A stretch of DNA of 64,000 nt from NCBI GenBank assembly GCA_023213395.1, contig CM041465.1:79925741-79989740 (forward strand). The letters are read 5' to 3'. This DNA comes from Cycas panzhihuaensis. Its lineage: Eukaryota; Plantae; Cycadophyta. Numbering within the stretch: position 1 is the stretch's first letter; each line of letters starts with the position of its first letter. The notes beneath the pieces are model-generated. The model saw only the letters and a list, made by a program, of their open reading frames with translations, searched no databases and had not been told where the DNA came from. A program made the position numbers and the translations under genes. Below, piece by piece: positions 1-13,630 of the stretch.

Positions 1-1460
1 AAGAGCCTAGGCTGCCTAAAATGCCCAGACTTTTTGTCAAGGACACTAGAGTGACGTGGATTCCAATACTCCAACAAATGTTCTTCCTCAGATTGGTGAC
101 AATAGGGGAGGTAAGGCCAATAATTTCCAAAGAAATGTTGCTTTAAGAAAATTTTCAAATCCTCAAGGCCTAGTTGTTCCTTATAATTTTAGTCAACCTT
201 TTGAGCAATATGACATTATGAAAGACTTAGTTTGATTCCAAACTAATATTAACCTTGTTTAAGCTCTCACTCTCCTTGATCAAAGTGCCAAAATAATGGA
301 CATTTTGAAAAATAAAGGTCAAATGCTTAAAGCACCTATTCAAGAAGTGCATGCTAAGATGTCATCACCTGTTGAAGGTTTGCCCACTCTAACATCTTCT
401 AATTTTGAACCTTTCATATTTCTCTCAAGATTTTTAATAAATACATTCTATACAATTGCATAGTTGACATGGGAGCTATTTAAATTTGATATCCTATGAT
501 GTCATGAAATCTCTAAACCTAGAATGTGTGAAGTCTATCCAAAATCTCAAAGGTTTGATGGAAAGACTATGACTTTAGTTGGAGTAATAAAGGATATGGT
601 CGTCAATGTTGTTGTGAATCCCAAGGTGATAACTGTGTTTAATGTGATAATTGTGGCATGAAGCTCCTTATGGCATGTTTTTGGGCAAACAATAGGCCAT
701 TGATATCATAGTAGTTCCAACATCTACATGTCCTATATCACAATTCTAGTGGGTAAAGATCTTATTCAACTGCAAAGGGAAGATCAAGCAAAAGGGAATA
801 TTGATCACCTTAGTGAGGGTGCATTGGATTGCTTATTTGACTATGTAAGATTGGAGACGTATATAGTTTTTGACAATTTCCAAGATTGTCTACAAACAAA
901 GGAAGAAGAGGCATTTTGCTCATAGTGCAATGATGATGATCATCTTTCAATACTATATTTGGATGGAGCCAAGTCAAAACTAGGAGTTGGTGATGGTATT
1001 ATTTTGAAGCCTCCTCAATCCCAATCTTTTTCATTTTCTTTGAAAATTTTGCTCCTTTGGAGTCTCCTCAATCCAAATCTTTTTTATTTTCTTTGAAAAA
1101 TTTGTTCAAATGCACTAGCAATATGATTGAGTACGAAGCCCTAATTTGGGGTTGAATAAAACAAAGGAGTTGGACATGAAATTGCTTAAGCTTTTGGGAT
1201 ACTTTAAATTGATTATGAATCGAGTTAGAGCCTTGTGCTTAATGGAGTGCAAAAGACTAGAGAGATACAAGGAAAAAGTCATTGAGATGATTGAAGACTT
1301 TAAGGTTTTCTCCATCTCACATACTCCCAAAGAAGACAATCGACTTGCTAATTTGTTGGTAGTTTCTACGTCTCTTTTGGAGATAGATTTATGTGATCAG
1401 AGGCACAAAATAATTAAGATCGTTTTTAGAACATCCATTTCTAGCAATTGGATCCATTCA
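1..1460 (+). mobile_element. Degenerate Gypsy (Tat-lineage) pol, 5' part: aspartic protease and archaeal-type RNase H (aRH)
   Basis: YNCIVDMGAI (protease D-x-G motif) at 451-480; LYLDGAKSKLGVGDGIIL from 953 and CTSNMIEYEAL from 1111 (RNase HI motifs); ORF 1146-1487 has ISHTPKEDNRLANLL. Many stops and frameshifts. Confidence 0.85.
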
Positions 1461-1510
1461 CAAAATTATACTCTGATACCATGTTAAAATTTATGATAGT
1501 AGAATTGATA

Positions 1511-1826
1511 TGTTAGTAAACACCTATATGCAAGTAGGTTGACAAAATTTTTTACACAAAGCAGATCTGAGTAGAGTAAATGCACACAGGACACTAGAAT
1601 TGATGTGAAAAACTCTCTCGAGTGAAAACCCACCTAAATAATATTATTTTACATTTTTAACAAATCTAGTGTACATATAATGAACATTAGATCTATATTT
1701 ATAAATCTCAAGTGTCCCAAATAATTAGGGTTACATCTGTTGGCTTATCCAATATTACATTAAGAATATTTTGCACATTAACACACCACACATTAACATT
1801 AGTCGGTATGGTAATATATTTCAACA
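1511..1826 (-). repeat. 3' LTR of nested Copia
   Basis: Direct repeat of 4879-5194; PPT adjacent. Confidence 0.9.
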
Positions 1827-4385
1827 TCCCCTTTTAACGTGAATGTGGAGTATCAAGGTTTATCCTTGGCAATAGATCTCCACTCAAGGATAACCTTACC
1901 CAATATGCACGAATGTCAATATAGCGATATTCAGTTAGAGCTTGGTGAACATGTCCACAAGTTGATCTTCACTTGGACAAACTTCAACATGCATCTTCCT
2001 TGATATAATCTTCTCTTGGATGTAAAGGTGATATGCTTTGTATATGTACGATTCTTTGGATATAACTCCAACAGTCCCTGCAACCATATAACTCTCTCTT
2101 GCACCGACACTTTGTCTATAAAACTCAGCCATATTCCTTTGACTAAACCAAGAGGTTGAATTTCCTCTTCAAGTCTTCATTAAGAAATGCTTATATGATG
2201 TGATATGACACCCAACTATCTAAAGTTGCTACAGTAAGGATCAAATAGACCAATAACAAAGAGACTGGTGCAAATGTCTCTTCAGACCTTAATCCTTCTT
2301 TCTGCTTGAAATATCCTGCATAACAAGTCTTCCAACTTGCAAACCAGCCAGGTTCTTAAGGGAGGAAAGGGACCCAAATCCCACATGTATTACTCTTTAT
2401 CAATGAAACTCTCCATTGCGAATCTCCACTCGCTAGAATGTTGGTGTCTATCATGAGCTTTGACTGGCATGCTAATCCTCATTCTTTAATCATCTTCTAG
2501 GTCTTCAACCATCAATGGAACATGGGGTTGCAATCCATGTCTCATCTCACAATGGCTCCTTATTATCAATCTTCCACTCGGTCATGCTTTTGTCTCAAAC
2601 ACAATATTAGGAAAACAAACCTCCACACTTGCTCAATCATGGCTCAGAAAAGTAAAGCAATGAAAGATAAAACCTGTAATCAGATGACACTCAGCATGAT
2701 ACATCATAAACTCTTCAACTTTGATATCTAGACTAATCACAATGCATTTTCCCTACAGATCACACTATTTGTAAGCTTTATTCAAACAACCCCATAGGCT
2801 TCAAACTCTTGCAATCCTGCTATTGTGATTTTCGTCTAGAATGTGTGAACTCCAATGCATCTCGAGAAATAAATGGAAGTCTTATGACTGGTCCAACACA
2901 CAAAATAAGGGGGAATATGCCACGAACAATACTAGAAGAGGCCTCAAACAACTACCCACTATAACTTCTTCCAACAAAACCATGCACCAACTTTACCATC
3001 TGCATCATGATACTCACCTACAATGCAACCTTATGGAGTTCATAGGGCAACCGTTCTATACCATGACAAAGACATAACTGATTTTTAAGGCATCTTGTCA
3101 TAGACCTTTCCGTTCACACTTCAAATTTTTATGAAAACTTGGTTTCACATAAGACTTGTTCAGATATGCACACATGTTGAACCAACATCAAGTAGGCCAC
3201 AAACCCTAATGTTAACATTAGTCCAACTAACAAAGTATAATGGTTCACCATAACTGATAACCATTTATACAAACAACAAATTCTAAACCTCTTGTCACTT
3301 CATATACATCTAATGCAATAGAACTCAAATATACATGAATAAAACACACCATTTCACTTTCAAATAAAATCACACTTGATAACAATAATCTATGCAATGA
3401 TCTATGCCACAGTAACACTTACACAAGTTTGCTTTCATTTTGCAGCTAAGGTATCTCACTTAATTTGCCCTTCTTGGCCCATTCTCTCGTTCACTTTTTG
3501 CCCACTTGTCAACTAGTGATAATTCACTACTTTAACTACTCCACCCATCAACCCTCTTTTATGTAAATCACATGCAAAGAGGTAACCTGCCGCCTTATGT
3601 CACCAACATCACCCAACTTACTCTCTTATGCAAACACATGTTAGAGAGCCTCATGTTGCCAACTTTCACCCATAAACTCTTTTATGTGAAACGCATACAA
3701 ACGCATCACATTGCCTCAAATCGCCAACAAATCACCACTCACATTATAAACACTACCTCTACCCTCAATAGCACCATCAAATATATGCTTGCCCACTTAA
3801 AATAAAGTAGAAGTATCACTTCAACCTTTATAATAAAGGGTTTCCACTATATAAATCAAATGGCAAATGATATATAAAGGGTGAATTATATGAAATGTCA
3901 ATGGAAAACTTTTATTTATCACTATGATATATCAAAAGCGACTTTATAAGAAATCAATTGTGTTAATATAACACATGCGACTTTCAAACGACGACATTAA
4001 TATATAACAGAACATCAAAATATATCAATGCCCTAACAATGCTATATGAATAATATGGGCAACGGACTGAATATATTCACAGGTGACACAATCTGCAGAT
4101 TTACGCAGGCCAGGTGAATATATCAACACACAGGGTGACATAGTCATCATTACATAGGCGACTGAAATAATATATAACATACAACTTGGGTGATTTGAAT
4201 AAATATCATGCAGACATTATTATAGCCACAGAGGGTATTTACTAGCCAAGCAATGGAATTTCAACACACATGGCTTATAAACATCAAATATGAACAATAA
4301 TAATGGTATCCAATATTAATGGTTGACGAATAGATCTCATTACGTAGCATGAACAATATGAGGGTCTACTTACAATCATACGGAC

Positions 4386-4386
<1 letters not shown>

Positions 4387-4437
<51 letters not shown>
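4387..4437. repeat. (TA)n(TG)n microsatellite
   Basis: Seen directly. Confidence 0.95.
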
Positions 4438-4439
<2 letters not shown>

Positions 4440-4878
4440 CTTTTATGATATTGGCTGTATTTATCGCTTCATGGTTTTGCAATTGCTCACCAGAGTTTTG
4501 CACTCTCCCACTGGTCATCTAACATCAATAGAGGGCTGACAATCATCTTCGAGGCTTTGTAAACTTAGTGGCACTATCAAACAAGAATCCAACATCTTCA
4601 ACATACTTAAACTAGGCTTAAATGGCTGGCAATAGTGTAACCAGGGCTACAAATCACCTTCAACTCATCCACACACTTTCGTAGGGCTTTGAATTCTTAC
4701 AAACACAAATAAGAAGGCTTTCGAGATCCTTTAACGATCATTTGCACCTTTGTGGTAGTTTTGCGAGGTCATCAGACATGTCAATCCTCAAAGAGCAAGC
4801 CAACATGACCTGACATCAACGATTAGACAATCTAGACAACAATTATTTGCTTGTGCACATCCTACAACTCTGATACCA

Positions 4879-5194
4879 TGTTAAGAAACACCTATATACA
4901 AGCAGGTTGACAGAATCTTTCACATAAAATAGATTCGAGTAGAATGAATACACACAAGACACTAGAATTGACGTGGGAAATCCTCTCAGGTGAAAACCCA
5001 CCAAAATAATATTATTTCACATCTTTAACAAATATAGGGTACATACAATGAACATTAGATCTATATTTATAGATATCAAGTGTTCTGAATAATTAGGGTT
5101 ACATTCGTTGGCTCATCCAATATTACATCGAGAATATTCCACATATTAACACACCACACATTAACATTAGTTGGTATGGTAATATATTCCAACA
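4879..5194 (-). repeat. 5' LTR of nested Copia
   Basis: Direct repeat of 1511-1826; tRNA-Met PBS adjacent. Confidence 0.9.
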
Positions 5195-8153
5195 TGACTA
5201 CTGAGATATACACACAAGTAAATAAACATGTAAAGTAAACGTCAAATATATATCAAGTATTCAACAATATTCAAGTATGCATTCACCATAAGAGAGAGAC
5301 ACCAAGATTTATATGTGGAAAACCTAGTGTGGAAAAAACCATAGGAGAAAGTGGAGTTTGGACTCCTTATGATCATAATGATTACATCTCCGGGTTTTCA
5401 ACAATTCTCATCATTTTTCAAGTTTTCAAGTGGTGTGTGTATATATATTTATAATGTGATGCACCTCATGAGTAGCTTATATTTTCTCTTGAGCCTTTAC
5501 ATTAATCGATAAAGTGATTCCATGGATATATGCACATTTCATATATTTTGATGCATGTGAATGGTAGGATGATGTATGTATACACCATACATATTAAACA
5601 TTATATATATGTGATTATCGCATATTTTAACATTTTCCTTTAATGTTTAATGTCATTATCCCTTGGTATTTAACCTATATGCTGGATCTTGTAACTTATA
5701 TTTGTATGTTGTATCTCCTGTAACTTGTAATTTGTATCAACCTATATGTAGTCATTTGTGTACTAACAATGACCATCTATAAACAACTAATTTGTAATAT
5801 AAATCATCATTAAGATCAACATATATGAAGTGTTTTCTTGTACATTTTCATATCTTCACCTGTATAGCTACTTTCAATCAACATTCTATCAACCATGATT
5901 AACATTCTGTCAATCATTCATCAAATCAACAAATAAACAAAGTGATTTCTGAATTCATATAAAACAATAACTATCTACCAAAATACATGGGTAACCAATC
6001 TCTTAATTGCTAGTTCTCTAGGTAATTTTTTTAGATATGTGGTTCATTATCATTTCATATTGCTTATACAATAGTAGCTTCTTCTTTCTTCCAGTTAGCT
6101 AGACTATGTCAATAATTGAATATTAGCTAGATCTCATCTACAACTAATACTTAGTATCCAACATGAAACTTTTCTTTATCTCATTAACAGGTGGATTTCT
6201 TATGTTATCATCAATCAAAGTGAGTACTCTTACTAGATGGTGTCATTAATCATCAAAATAGGTTCAATCAACTAAGTGGTGTGCTTATTTTGTTGGTGCT
6301 TGCCATCCACTAAACCAAATGTGTTTGTCCAAGGGAGATAAAGCAAGTCCAACATATCAAGAATATTTCATATCACAAATTCATCAAATGATTCTCACTT
6401 CATAATTTTTTAATTGAGCATGAGCCTTTAAATGTCATAAATAAGCCTTAAATTGTTCACTTTTAAATCAAATTTTCTTTTTCTTCTGCTATCTTTTAAA
6501 AATAATATTACCATTATATTTGGGGTTTTTGAAAACATTAGAATGTACTATATTTTTTCTGAAAACAGTTATGGAATTCATCCTTTATGAGGTTTCAAGC
6601 ACTTGTATCAACTTTACCCTTTATGCTTTATCCAATTGGCTTAAAATTATCAACAAACTTGTAATTTTTTTTATGGTTTCAAAATTTTTGTCTGTGCACT
6701 TTGATCCTTTATAACTTCTGATCAGATCAATGTATGAATTTCTCTGTGCAAAAGCAGAAGGGGGCTATGTAATGAATTGATTGCATTATCTCCGTTCTTC
6801 ATTCCATCCATCTTTTGGGTGAGCAAGCATTGCATGGCGAGGGTGAATCAATCCTTATGTTGATTGTTTTATCATAATTTCGTCTACGTAATTCTATAAT
6901 GTCCGCGGATTGATTCATGGGGGACTCTGCGTGCTCTTTACATCTTATGTCTAGTGTAGGTATTTACATTAAGGAGTAAGTCGTGTTTGATTGATCCTAT
7001 GATGAGATTTGTGCATTCAGGGCTATTTTCCATTAATCCATGGGTTTTATGCGACAGACCTATGAATGGTGTCTCTATTTCCATTTACTCACAGTTTTGC
7101 ATATAACCTTCTTATCCTCATTTTCTACTTCTCTAATTTCCAAATTATTAAAATTCCACAACTCCACAAAGCAATAAAGTTGAACGGTTTCTACCTTTAA
7201 TACACCCAAGTCCCTGGAACAGTCACAATCTAAAGTTTTAAAATTTGATAAATTGTGAAACAAAGAAGCCAACAACTACTGAGTTATTTTTCAAGGGAAG
7301 AATCAAAAGCTACTGAAAGGTCAATATCCTGAGAGAGAACGATGAAACAGAACAAAGCCCTTACTACCCTACATTCAAAGCTTCGCTCCACCAATTCCTC
7401 TAGCTTTCGTTTTAAGGAGTAGAAATATGAATTACCCGTATCTCCTCTATCGGCATTGTACTCTAATAGAACACTCAGTATTTAGAATTTGAACTGGTTG
7501 TGGGGGAAAATTTATATGTTTATATATATGTTGCAAGCTGATTCAAAATATGCCCTTTCTCAATATTTTATCAAATCAAAATTGTTAACTACTTGTAATA
7601 TGTCCTCAACATATATAATTCATAATGATATCACTGTAAAAACTCTTTTTCATGTCACCACATACATCAAATTTCTTCATGTATATGTTATTTGTCCACA
7701 TAAGCATATAATTTGCCGCAATTGTTGCATCAACAAATCAATATGTCACATACCTTTCATGTTGTTAAAACATGTGTTTCACACCTGTCAACATGCTTAT
7801 ATCATACTTGTCAACATGTTGTTGTACAAGCCTACTGTTGCTTTATGCTTACTAATGGGTTGGCCTTATTCTAATAGCGAATCTCATAGTGAGACACTTG
7901 CAAAATCATCCAGAACAATTCATGAGTGATAGCGAATCCTTTAAGAGGACACTCACAAAAGCATTCACTAATGAACAATAACTACTTTACCTCTTGTATG
8001 TGACTGGATCACTGGCATAACATTAGTATATTCAGACTTCTAGCTCAACAAATACACTTCATGTTTGGCTCCTATATTAACTCTGTCACGGCTCATACTG
8101 GCTCATCAAACTTGCTTGTTGTCCAAGATCTTATAACCATGGCTCTAATACCA

Positions 8154-8570
8154 TGTTAAAATATATAATAGTATAATTGACATCAAACATGTATCAAGTA
8201 TTCAAGAGCATTCAAGCATGCATTCACCACAAGAGAGAGACACCAACATTTATACATGGAAAACCTAATGTGGGAAAATTGATCAGAGAAGGTGGAGTTT
8301 GGACTCTTTATGATCATAATGATTACATCTCCATGTCTTTAACTTTTTCCATTATTTCTCAAGCTCTTAAGTGGTGTGTGTACATATTTATAATGTGATG
8401 CACCTCATGAGTAGCCTATATTTTCTCTTGAGCGTTTATTTAACCAATAAAGTGATTACATGGATATGTGCTCATTTCATATATCTCAATGTATGTGAAT
8501 AGTGGGATGGTGTATGTATACATCATATATATTAAACATTACATATTTGGGATTATCACATATTTTAATA
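8154..8570 (-). repeat. 5' LTR of the 1482-8570 element
   Basis: Matches 1482-1510 plus about 5240-5632; PBS adjacent. Confidence 0.9.
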
Positions 8571-11500
8571 CAAAACAAAAGAGTTGGACATGAAATTGCT
8601 TAAGCTTTTGGGAGACTTTAAATTGATTATGAATCAAGTTAGAGCCCTGTTCTTAATGAATCACAAAATACTAGAGTTACAAGGAGAAAGTCATCAAGAT
8701 GATTGAAGACTTTGAGACTTTCTCCATCTTACATATTCCTAGAGAAGACAATCGACTTACTAATTTGTTGTCAGTTTTTACTTCTCCTTTAGAGGTAGAT
8801 TCAGATGATCAGAGGCACAAAATGATTAAGATCATTTCTAGAACATCTATTCCTAATAATATTGATCATTGACCAATATTGGAAGACAATGATCAGATTG
8901 TTCATTTTCTTCGAGGTAAAGAAGAATTTATCGATCAACATGTTGAGGGATCTCATCCTTCTTTAGACTGAGAGGATCTAGTTTCTGAGCTGAATGAAAA
9001 AGTTATCGTACAACTAAAGTCAAATAGAATTCCTAAAGTTATGATATCTTTAGAGCATTTGTTTGACATTAATGATTATTCAAAGTTTAAATCAGCTGAG
9101 CATGAGGCTTCAAAAAAAGCTTTGGAGAAGAGCTTGCCTATTAATTTAGTCATTGAAAAAGAACCTAGGATCATCTACATCAATGAAACATGTACTAAAG
9201 AGGAACGAGAAAGGTTCATAGAGCTTTGAAAGGAGTATCAAGATGTGTTCGCATAGGCATATCAAAATCTCAAAGCTTTCAATCTAAAGGTGATATAGCA
9301 CACCATCCTAATCAAGCTAGGAGCAATGCCTTTTCATCAAATTGGATTTTGAAGCTTAAGGACATGATTTAGAATGAACTTTATAAATGGTGAGATGTAG
9401 GTATAATCTTTCCTATTAGATTGTCATAATTGGTAGCTAATTTAGTTCTAGATTGAAAAAAGAATAGAGATCTTCACCTTTGTGTTGATTTTAGAAATCT
9501 AGATAAAAGGTCCCTAAAAAACAATTACCCTTTGCCCTACATGGAGCAAATTCCTTAGGCCATTAATGGTTTAGAAATGATGTCTTTGCTAGATAGATTT
9601 TTTAGATGTAATGAAGTCCTTCTCTTAGAAGTTGACCAACATAAGACAACATTTACCACTTAGTAGAGAATGTTTGCTTATAAAAAGATGCCCTTTGGAC
9701 TCACGAATGTAGGATCCAATTTTCAAAGAGCCATGGATCAAGATTTTAATGGCTTGTTTGGTGTAATCTTTGTTATCTATTTAGATAATATGATAGTTTA
9801 TTCTAAGAAACAGAAATGTCATTTTGAACATATGAAGAAAGTGTTGTAAAAATGCAAGGAGTTTGGGATTTCATTCATCCCAAAGAAATCCATCTTTAGA
9901 GTCACTTGAGGTAAACTTCTTGGTCACATTGTATCAAATGATGAAACCTTTATGGATCCAAAAAGGGTTAAGGCAATTAAGAAGCTCCAACTCTTTCCAA
10001 CAAGAAGGTAGTTCAATCTTTCTTTGGTGGGATTTATTTCTTAATTTTGCTAGAATTGCTAAAATCAAAGGTGAACTTTCAATGGACTAAGGAGACCAAC
10101 GCTACCTTTGAGTAGATAAAAGAATGCATTCCACAAGCTCATATTTTTCCTGGACCTGATTTTGCAAAAGATTTCATCATTTATTCATATGCTTTGGAAG
10201 GGGTTTATGTAATAATGTTGATACATCTCAACAATGATAAATATGAGAAGTTGATTGCATTCTTAAGCAAGACATTCAAATACTACAAATTGTAGTATTT
10301 TATGATTGAGAATAAGCCCTTGACTTGGTGGAGGTGATTTCAGATTTTAAACTCTACTCCATTCATAAGCATACCATTACATACCTTCCTTTGGCTCTTT
10401 TGAAGATGATGTTGAGCCAAACTGATCCTTCCAAAAGTAAGCCAAGTGGCTAGCTAAGATAGAAGAGTTTGATTTGGATGTCAAACTAGTTTAGATAGCG
10501 AAGGGACAACGCCTATGTAAGTTCATTATTGAGGAATGTATAATAATTATTGCAAGTTTAGAGAAGTTATATGAGCCAAAAGATCATCTTGAAGGCTTGG
10601 TAAGTCTTGAAACTTTTGATGTCAATGGTGATTCCTTTCTCCTTTTCTTCAAGATATCACTATTTATTTGATGCATGGAATCTATCCTAAAAATTTGGAC
10701 AAGAGGGAAAAGAGGCCTTTGAAATTAAGGGCCACATCATATGTCCTTATTCAAGGACAATTGTATTGAAAGGGATATGAAGGAACTCTTTTGAAATGCC
10801 TTCATGTGCATGAAGTTGTAGAAGTTTTGAAGGAATTTCATTCTAATCTTTATTGAGGCCATTTATACAAGAGGCTATTGCATACAAGATTCTAATGACT
10901 AACTTCCTTTGACTGACATTGTTTTGTGATACTTACAACCATATAAAAACCTGCATTCCTTGCTAGAAGTTCATTAGAAAGTAGTAGTTAGCAACCGTGG
11001 CTCTCAATCCTAGTTTTACAAATCAACCATTTGAAAAGTGGGGTTTGGACTTCATTGGACTAAATCCATTGCCTTTAGTAAAGCAAATTCCACTACAATC
11101 ATTGAGTTGTTGGAGTAGGTTTTGATACCTAGGTTTAGAGTTTCAACCGTCTTGATTTCTAATAATGGGTTAACTTTCACATCATTAGAAATGTTGCACT
11201 TTGTAGGGAAGTATGGAGTGAACTTCAACACTTCATCAAATTACTATTGTCAAAGAAATGGGTTGGCAAAATCATCAAATAAGAATTTGACAGGGATAAT
11301 CAACAGATTTATAAAAAAATCAAAAGGATTGGTATGTCAAATTGTACCAAACATTGTGTGCTGATAGGATGATCAAGAAGGAATCAGTTAGGTATTCCCC
11401 ATATTTGCAAAGGTATGGTAATAAAGTTATTATGCTTTCTCATTTATCTTCGAAGTCCTTGTAATTGATGGAGTGTGAAGATGGGAGCCTTTAACTTTTA

Positions 11501-11815
11501 GCATTTCAAACTCAAAATCTTTTAGCTCTAAATAGAAGAAGATGCAAGGTCCATGACCATACTAGTGCTCATCAAGAGGGTATCAAAAGAATTTTTAACA
11601 GAAGTCAAATATGAAAAGTCCTACGAGCTAGGAGATAGAGTTATAATGTCGGACAAGGCATGCAAAAAATTGGGAGCACATAGGAGATTTGATTAAATGT
11701 GGTTTGGACATTATATTGTGCATGAGGTCATTATTGATAACGTCTTTCCATTGAAAAATCTCTTTGGAGACTTGAGGCCAATCCCAATAAACAAACAATA
11801 CCTAATTTTTTTTAA
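8571..11815 (+). mobile_element. Degenerate Gypsy (Tat) pol continued: aRH C-terminus (duplicated), RT, RNase H, integrase
   Basis: RT motifs NLV..KKN.DLHLCVDFRNL and MPFGLTNVG, YLDN at 9778-9789; RNase H about 10130-10480; integrase H-H-C-C remnant about 10840-10965, PFEKWGLDFIG 11027-11059, NGLAKSSNKNL; GPY/F-like motif about 11700. Confidence 0.92.
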
Positions 11816-12104
11816 TACAAATTGATTGTAAAGATCTATGTATATGTATATATGTGCATTAAAAAGAAAAGAAAATGAAAGAAAAGAAAAATCATGAATA
11901 ATTTTGCTGTTATGGCCCATAGGAGGTAATAAGAAGCAAGCAAGGCAAGTGCTACCTGATGAAAATTTTGATAATTGGAGTAACATTTTAATAAAATTTC
12001 CATTTTATGACGATTTTTGTATTATGTAGATGATCTAAGCAAGAATTTTGTTTTAAGTATGAAAAGGAGGAAGACAAAAACCTAAGAAAGTTTGCTTCCA
12101 ATGT

Positions 12105-12866
12105 CAAGAAAGACTTTGAGAACATTTGATCTACATGCCCACAAGATTAAGATTTGAAGTACGCTATATCTATTTGTGATGAGGTTTTCATCAGTCTAGA
12201 AGTCATGCATTTGATTGACAAGTGTTGAAATGATGTGGTTTCATACCTTATTTTCGAGCATTGACGTAGTCAAACTCCTAATCTAAATGTCCTTTGCAAC
12301 ATAATAATGAAGTTATGGGCTTTCTTAGGTTTCATAGAAAAGATGGATTTTGATTATGTGGCTTTTAGGCACTAGGCACATGTGGAAAACCCATGTTTGG
12401 AGTATAAAACTAATTTTTCTATTTTACATGGATAAGGTGGATCAAACATACTTTCTTTCCCATCCCTCCTGGGTTCAACTATGATGGTTGTTATTTCCTT
12501 TTGGTTGTATCTCAAAGGATCAAAGTGCACAATATTGTTGCAAAAAAATCTTCCAAATAAATACAAGAAGGATTCATAGGGAATATGCTTTTTTTTGATG
12601 AAATTCAATGGTTTTGTGGCAAAACACATTGGTGAGATGGAAGGTATATTGTTAGAAGCAAAGGTTGGAGATTCTTTTGAGAAGCGTAGGGGTTTCTAGT
12701 TCTACACTATTGGGCAACATCAAGGTCTTGGTCTACTTGGAGAGCTATGGTGTGTTGTTGAAAAGGAAATTCTAGATAATGGTGAATTTGCTCCAAGAAA
12801 TTAAATTTGTCTTAATAAGTGAAGGCATACATTTCTTGTTGGCTCATTAAACTAGATGTTAGGCTC
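12105..12866 (+). pseudogene. mnmA: Intronless retrocopy fragment of tRNA-specific 2-thiouridylase MnmA (plant organellar type)
   Basis: Decayed translation QE.DFEN..STCP..DLKYA..CDEV..LEVMHL; TPNLNVLCN; DFDYVA..H.AHV; DQTYFLSH; LPNKYKKDS*GICF; FVAKHIGEMEGILLEA; RGF*FYTIGQHQGLGL..W.VVEK. These are the MnmA motifs TPNPDxxCN, DQTYFL, DSxGICF and YTIGQRxGL in order, with no intron-sized gaps. Confidence 0.88.
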
Positions 12867-13630
12867 CGTCATGGCTAGAAATTATATGATTATGATTTTA
12901 AGTTTGTGAAAGCAAGTCTTGGTAAAGAAAATGAGACTCCTTATTATGAGGAAGTCACTCAAGTGGTTGTTATGTTTAGGCTATTAGAAGATAATTCTAT
13001 TGCAAGCCATCAATACTAGCTTCTAGATAAATTTTGGCACAAACTACCAATAGTGACTATACCTGTGATCTTGGCCCAATGTAAAAGACCTATACACCTA
13101 CAATTCTTTTGCCCTGAGCCTTATATAATATTTCAACTATGCACATGACCTTCAAGTGTGTATCTAGTTTGTTGTTCCAGGGAATAATCTTAGATCCGAT
13201 GAGGCATTTGATGCATCTTCACTATGCTAAGATACATGAGGTATTTAAGAGGCCCATTTACATGCTACCTTAAAGAAACTAGATGAGTTCATATAAGCAG
13301 ACACATGTAATGATGGTAGTAGCTCAAGAAGCCTACCTAACCAAATACTAAAATGAAGTTCCTAGTTGTTCGCTCTAAATGGAATCATGTGGATCTAATT
13401 GATGAAGTTTAGGCTAATGGTATGCTACCAATTTTGGCAAGAGGATTTAGCTAGTGTTTTTTTTTTGGCCCATTGAAGGTGGTTTAGAGTTAGGTTTCTT
13501 GGGTCACATACAATGGAGTGGAAGAAGTTAAGAAGGGATTTGCCTTCATATTTTCCATATGTTCAATCTTTCCAGACTTCAGTTACCCCATCAAGGTGAT
13601 AATCAATCCAATATTGATTGAAAGACAAAT

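Larger units (their letters stand above)
1511..5194 (-). mobile_element. Deleted Copia element nested in the 3' LTR of the 1482-8570 element
   Basis: 316-bp LTRs 1511-1826 and 4879-5194 (TG...CA); PBS revcomp ctctgatacca 4868-4878; PPT revcomp tcccctttt from 1827; flanks tgata/tgact versus tgaca in the uninterrupted sister LTR; Copia RNase H remnant EDQLVDMFTKL in ORF 1935-2132. Confidence 0.9.
1482..8570 (-). mobile_element. Non-autonomous LTR retroelement inserted in the Tat aRH region
   Basis: LTR pair 8154-8570 (5') and 1482-5632 (3', split by the 1511-5194 insert); PBS revcomp gctctaatacca 8142-8153; decayed PPT ttttccttt after 5632; no pol motifs recognised inside. Confidence 0.85.

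Noticed and set aside
6995-7080. Possible C/D box snoRNA (atgatga)
   Set aside because: No matching D box, terminal stem or recognisable rRNA guide.
12105-12866. Bacterial horizontal transfer of mnmA
   Set aside because: Motifs such as DFENxWSxCP and HIGEMEGILLEA match the plant nuclear organelle-targeted form as I recall it.
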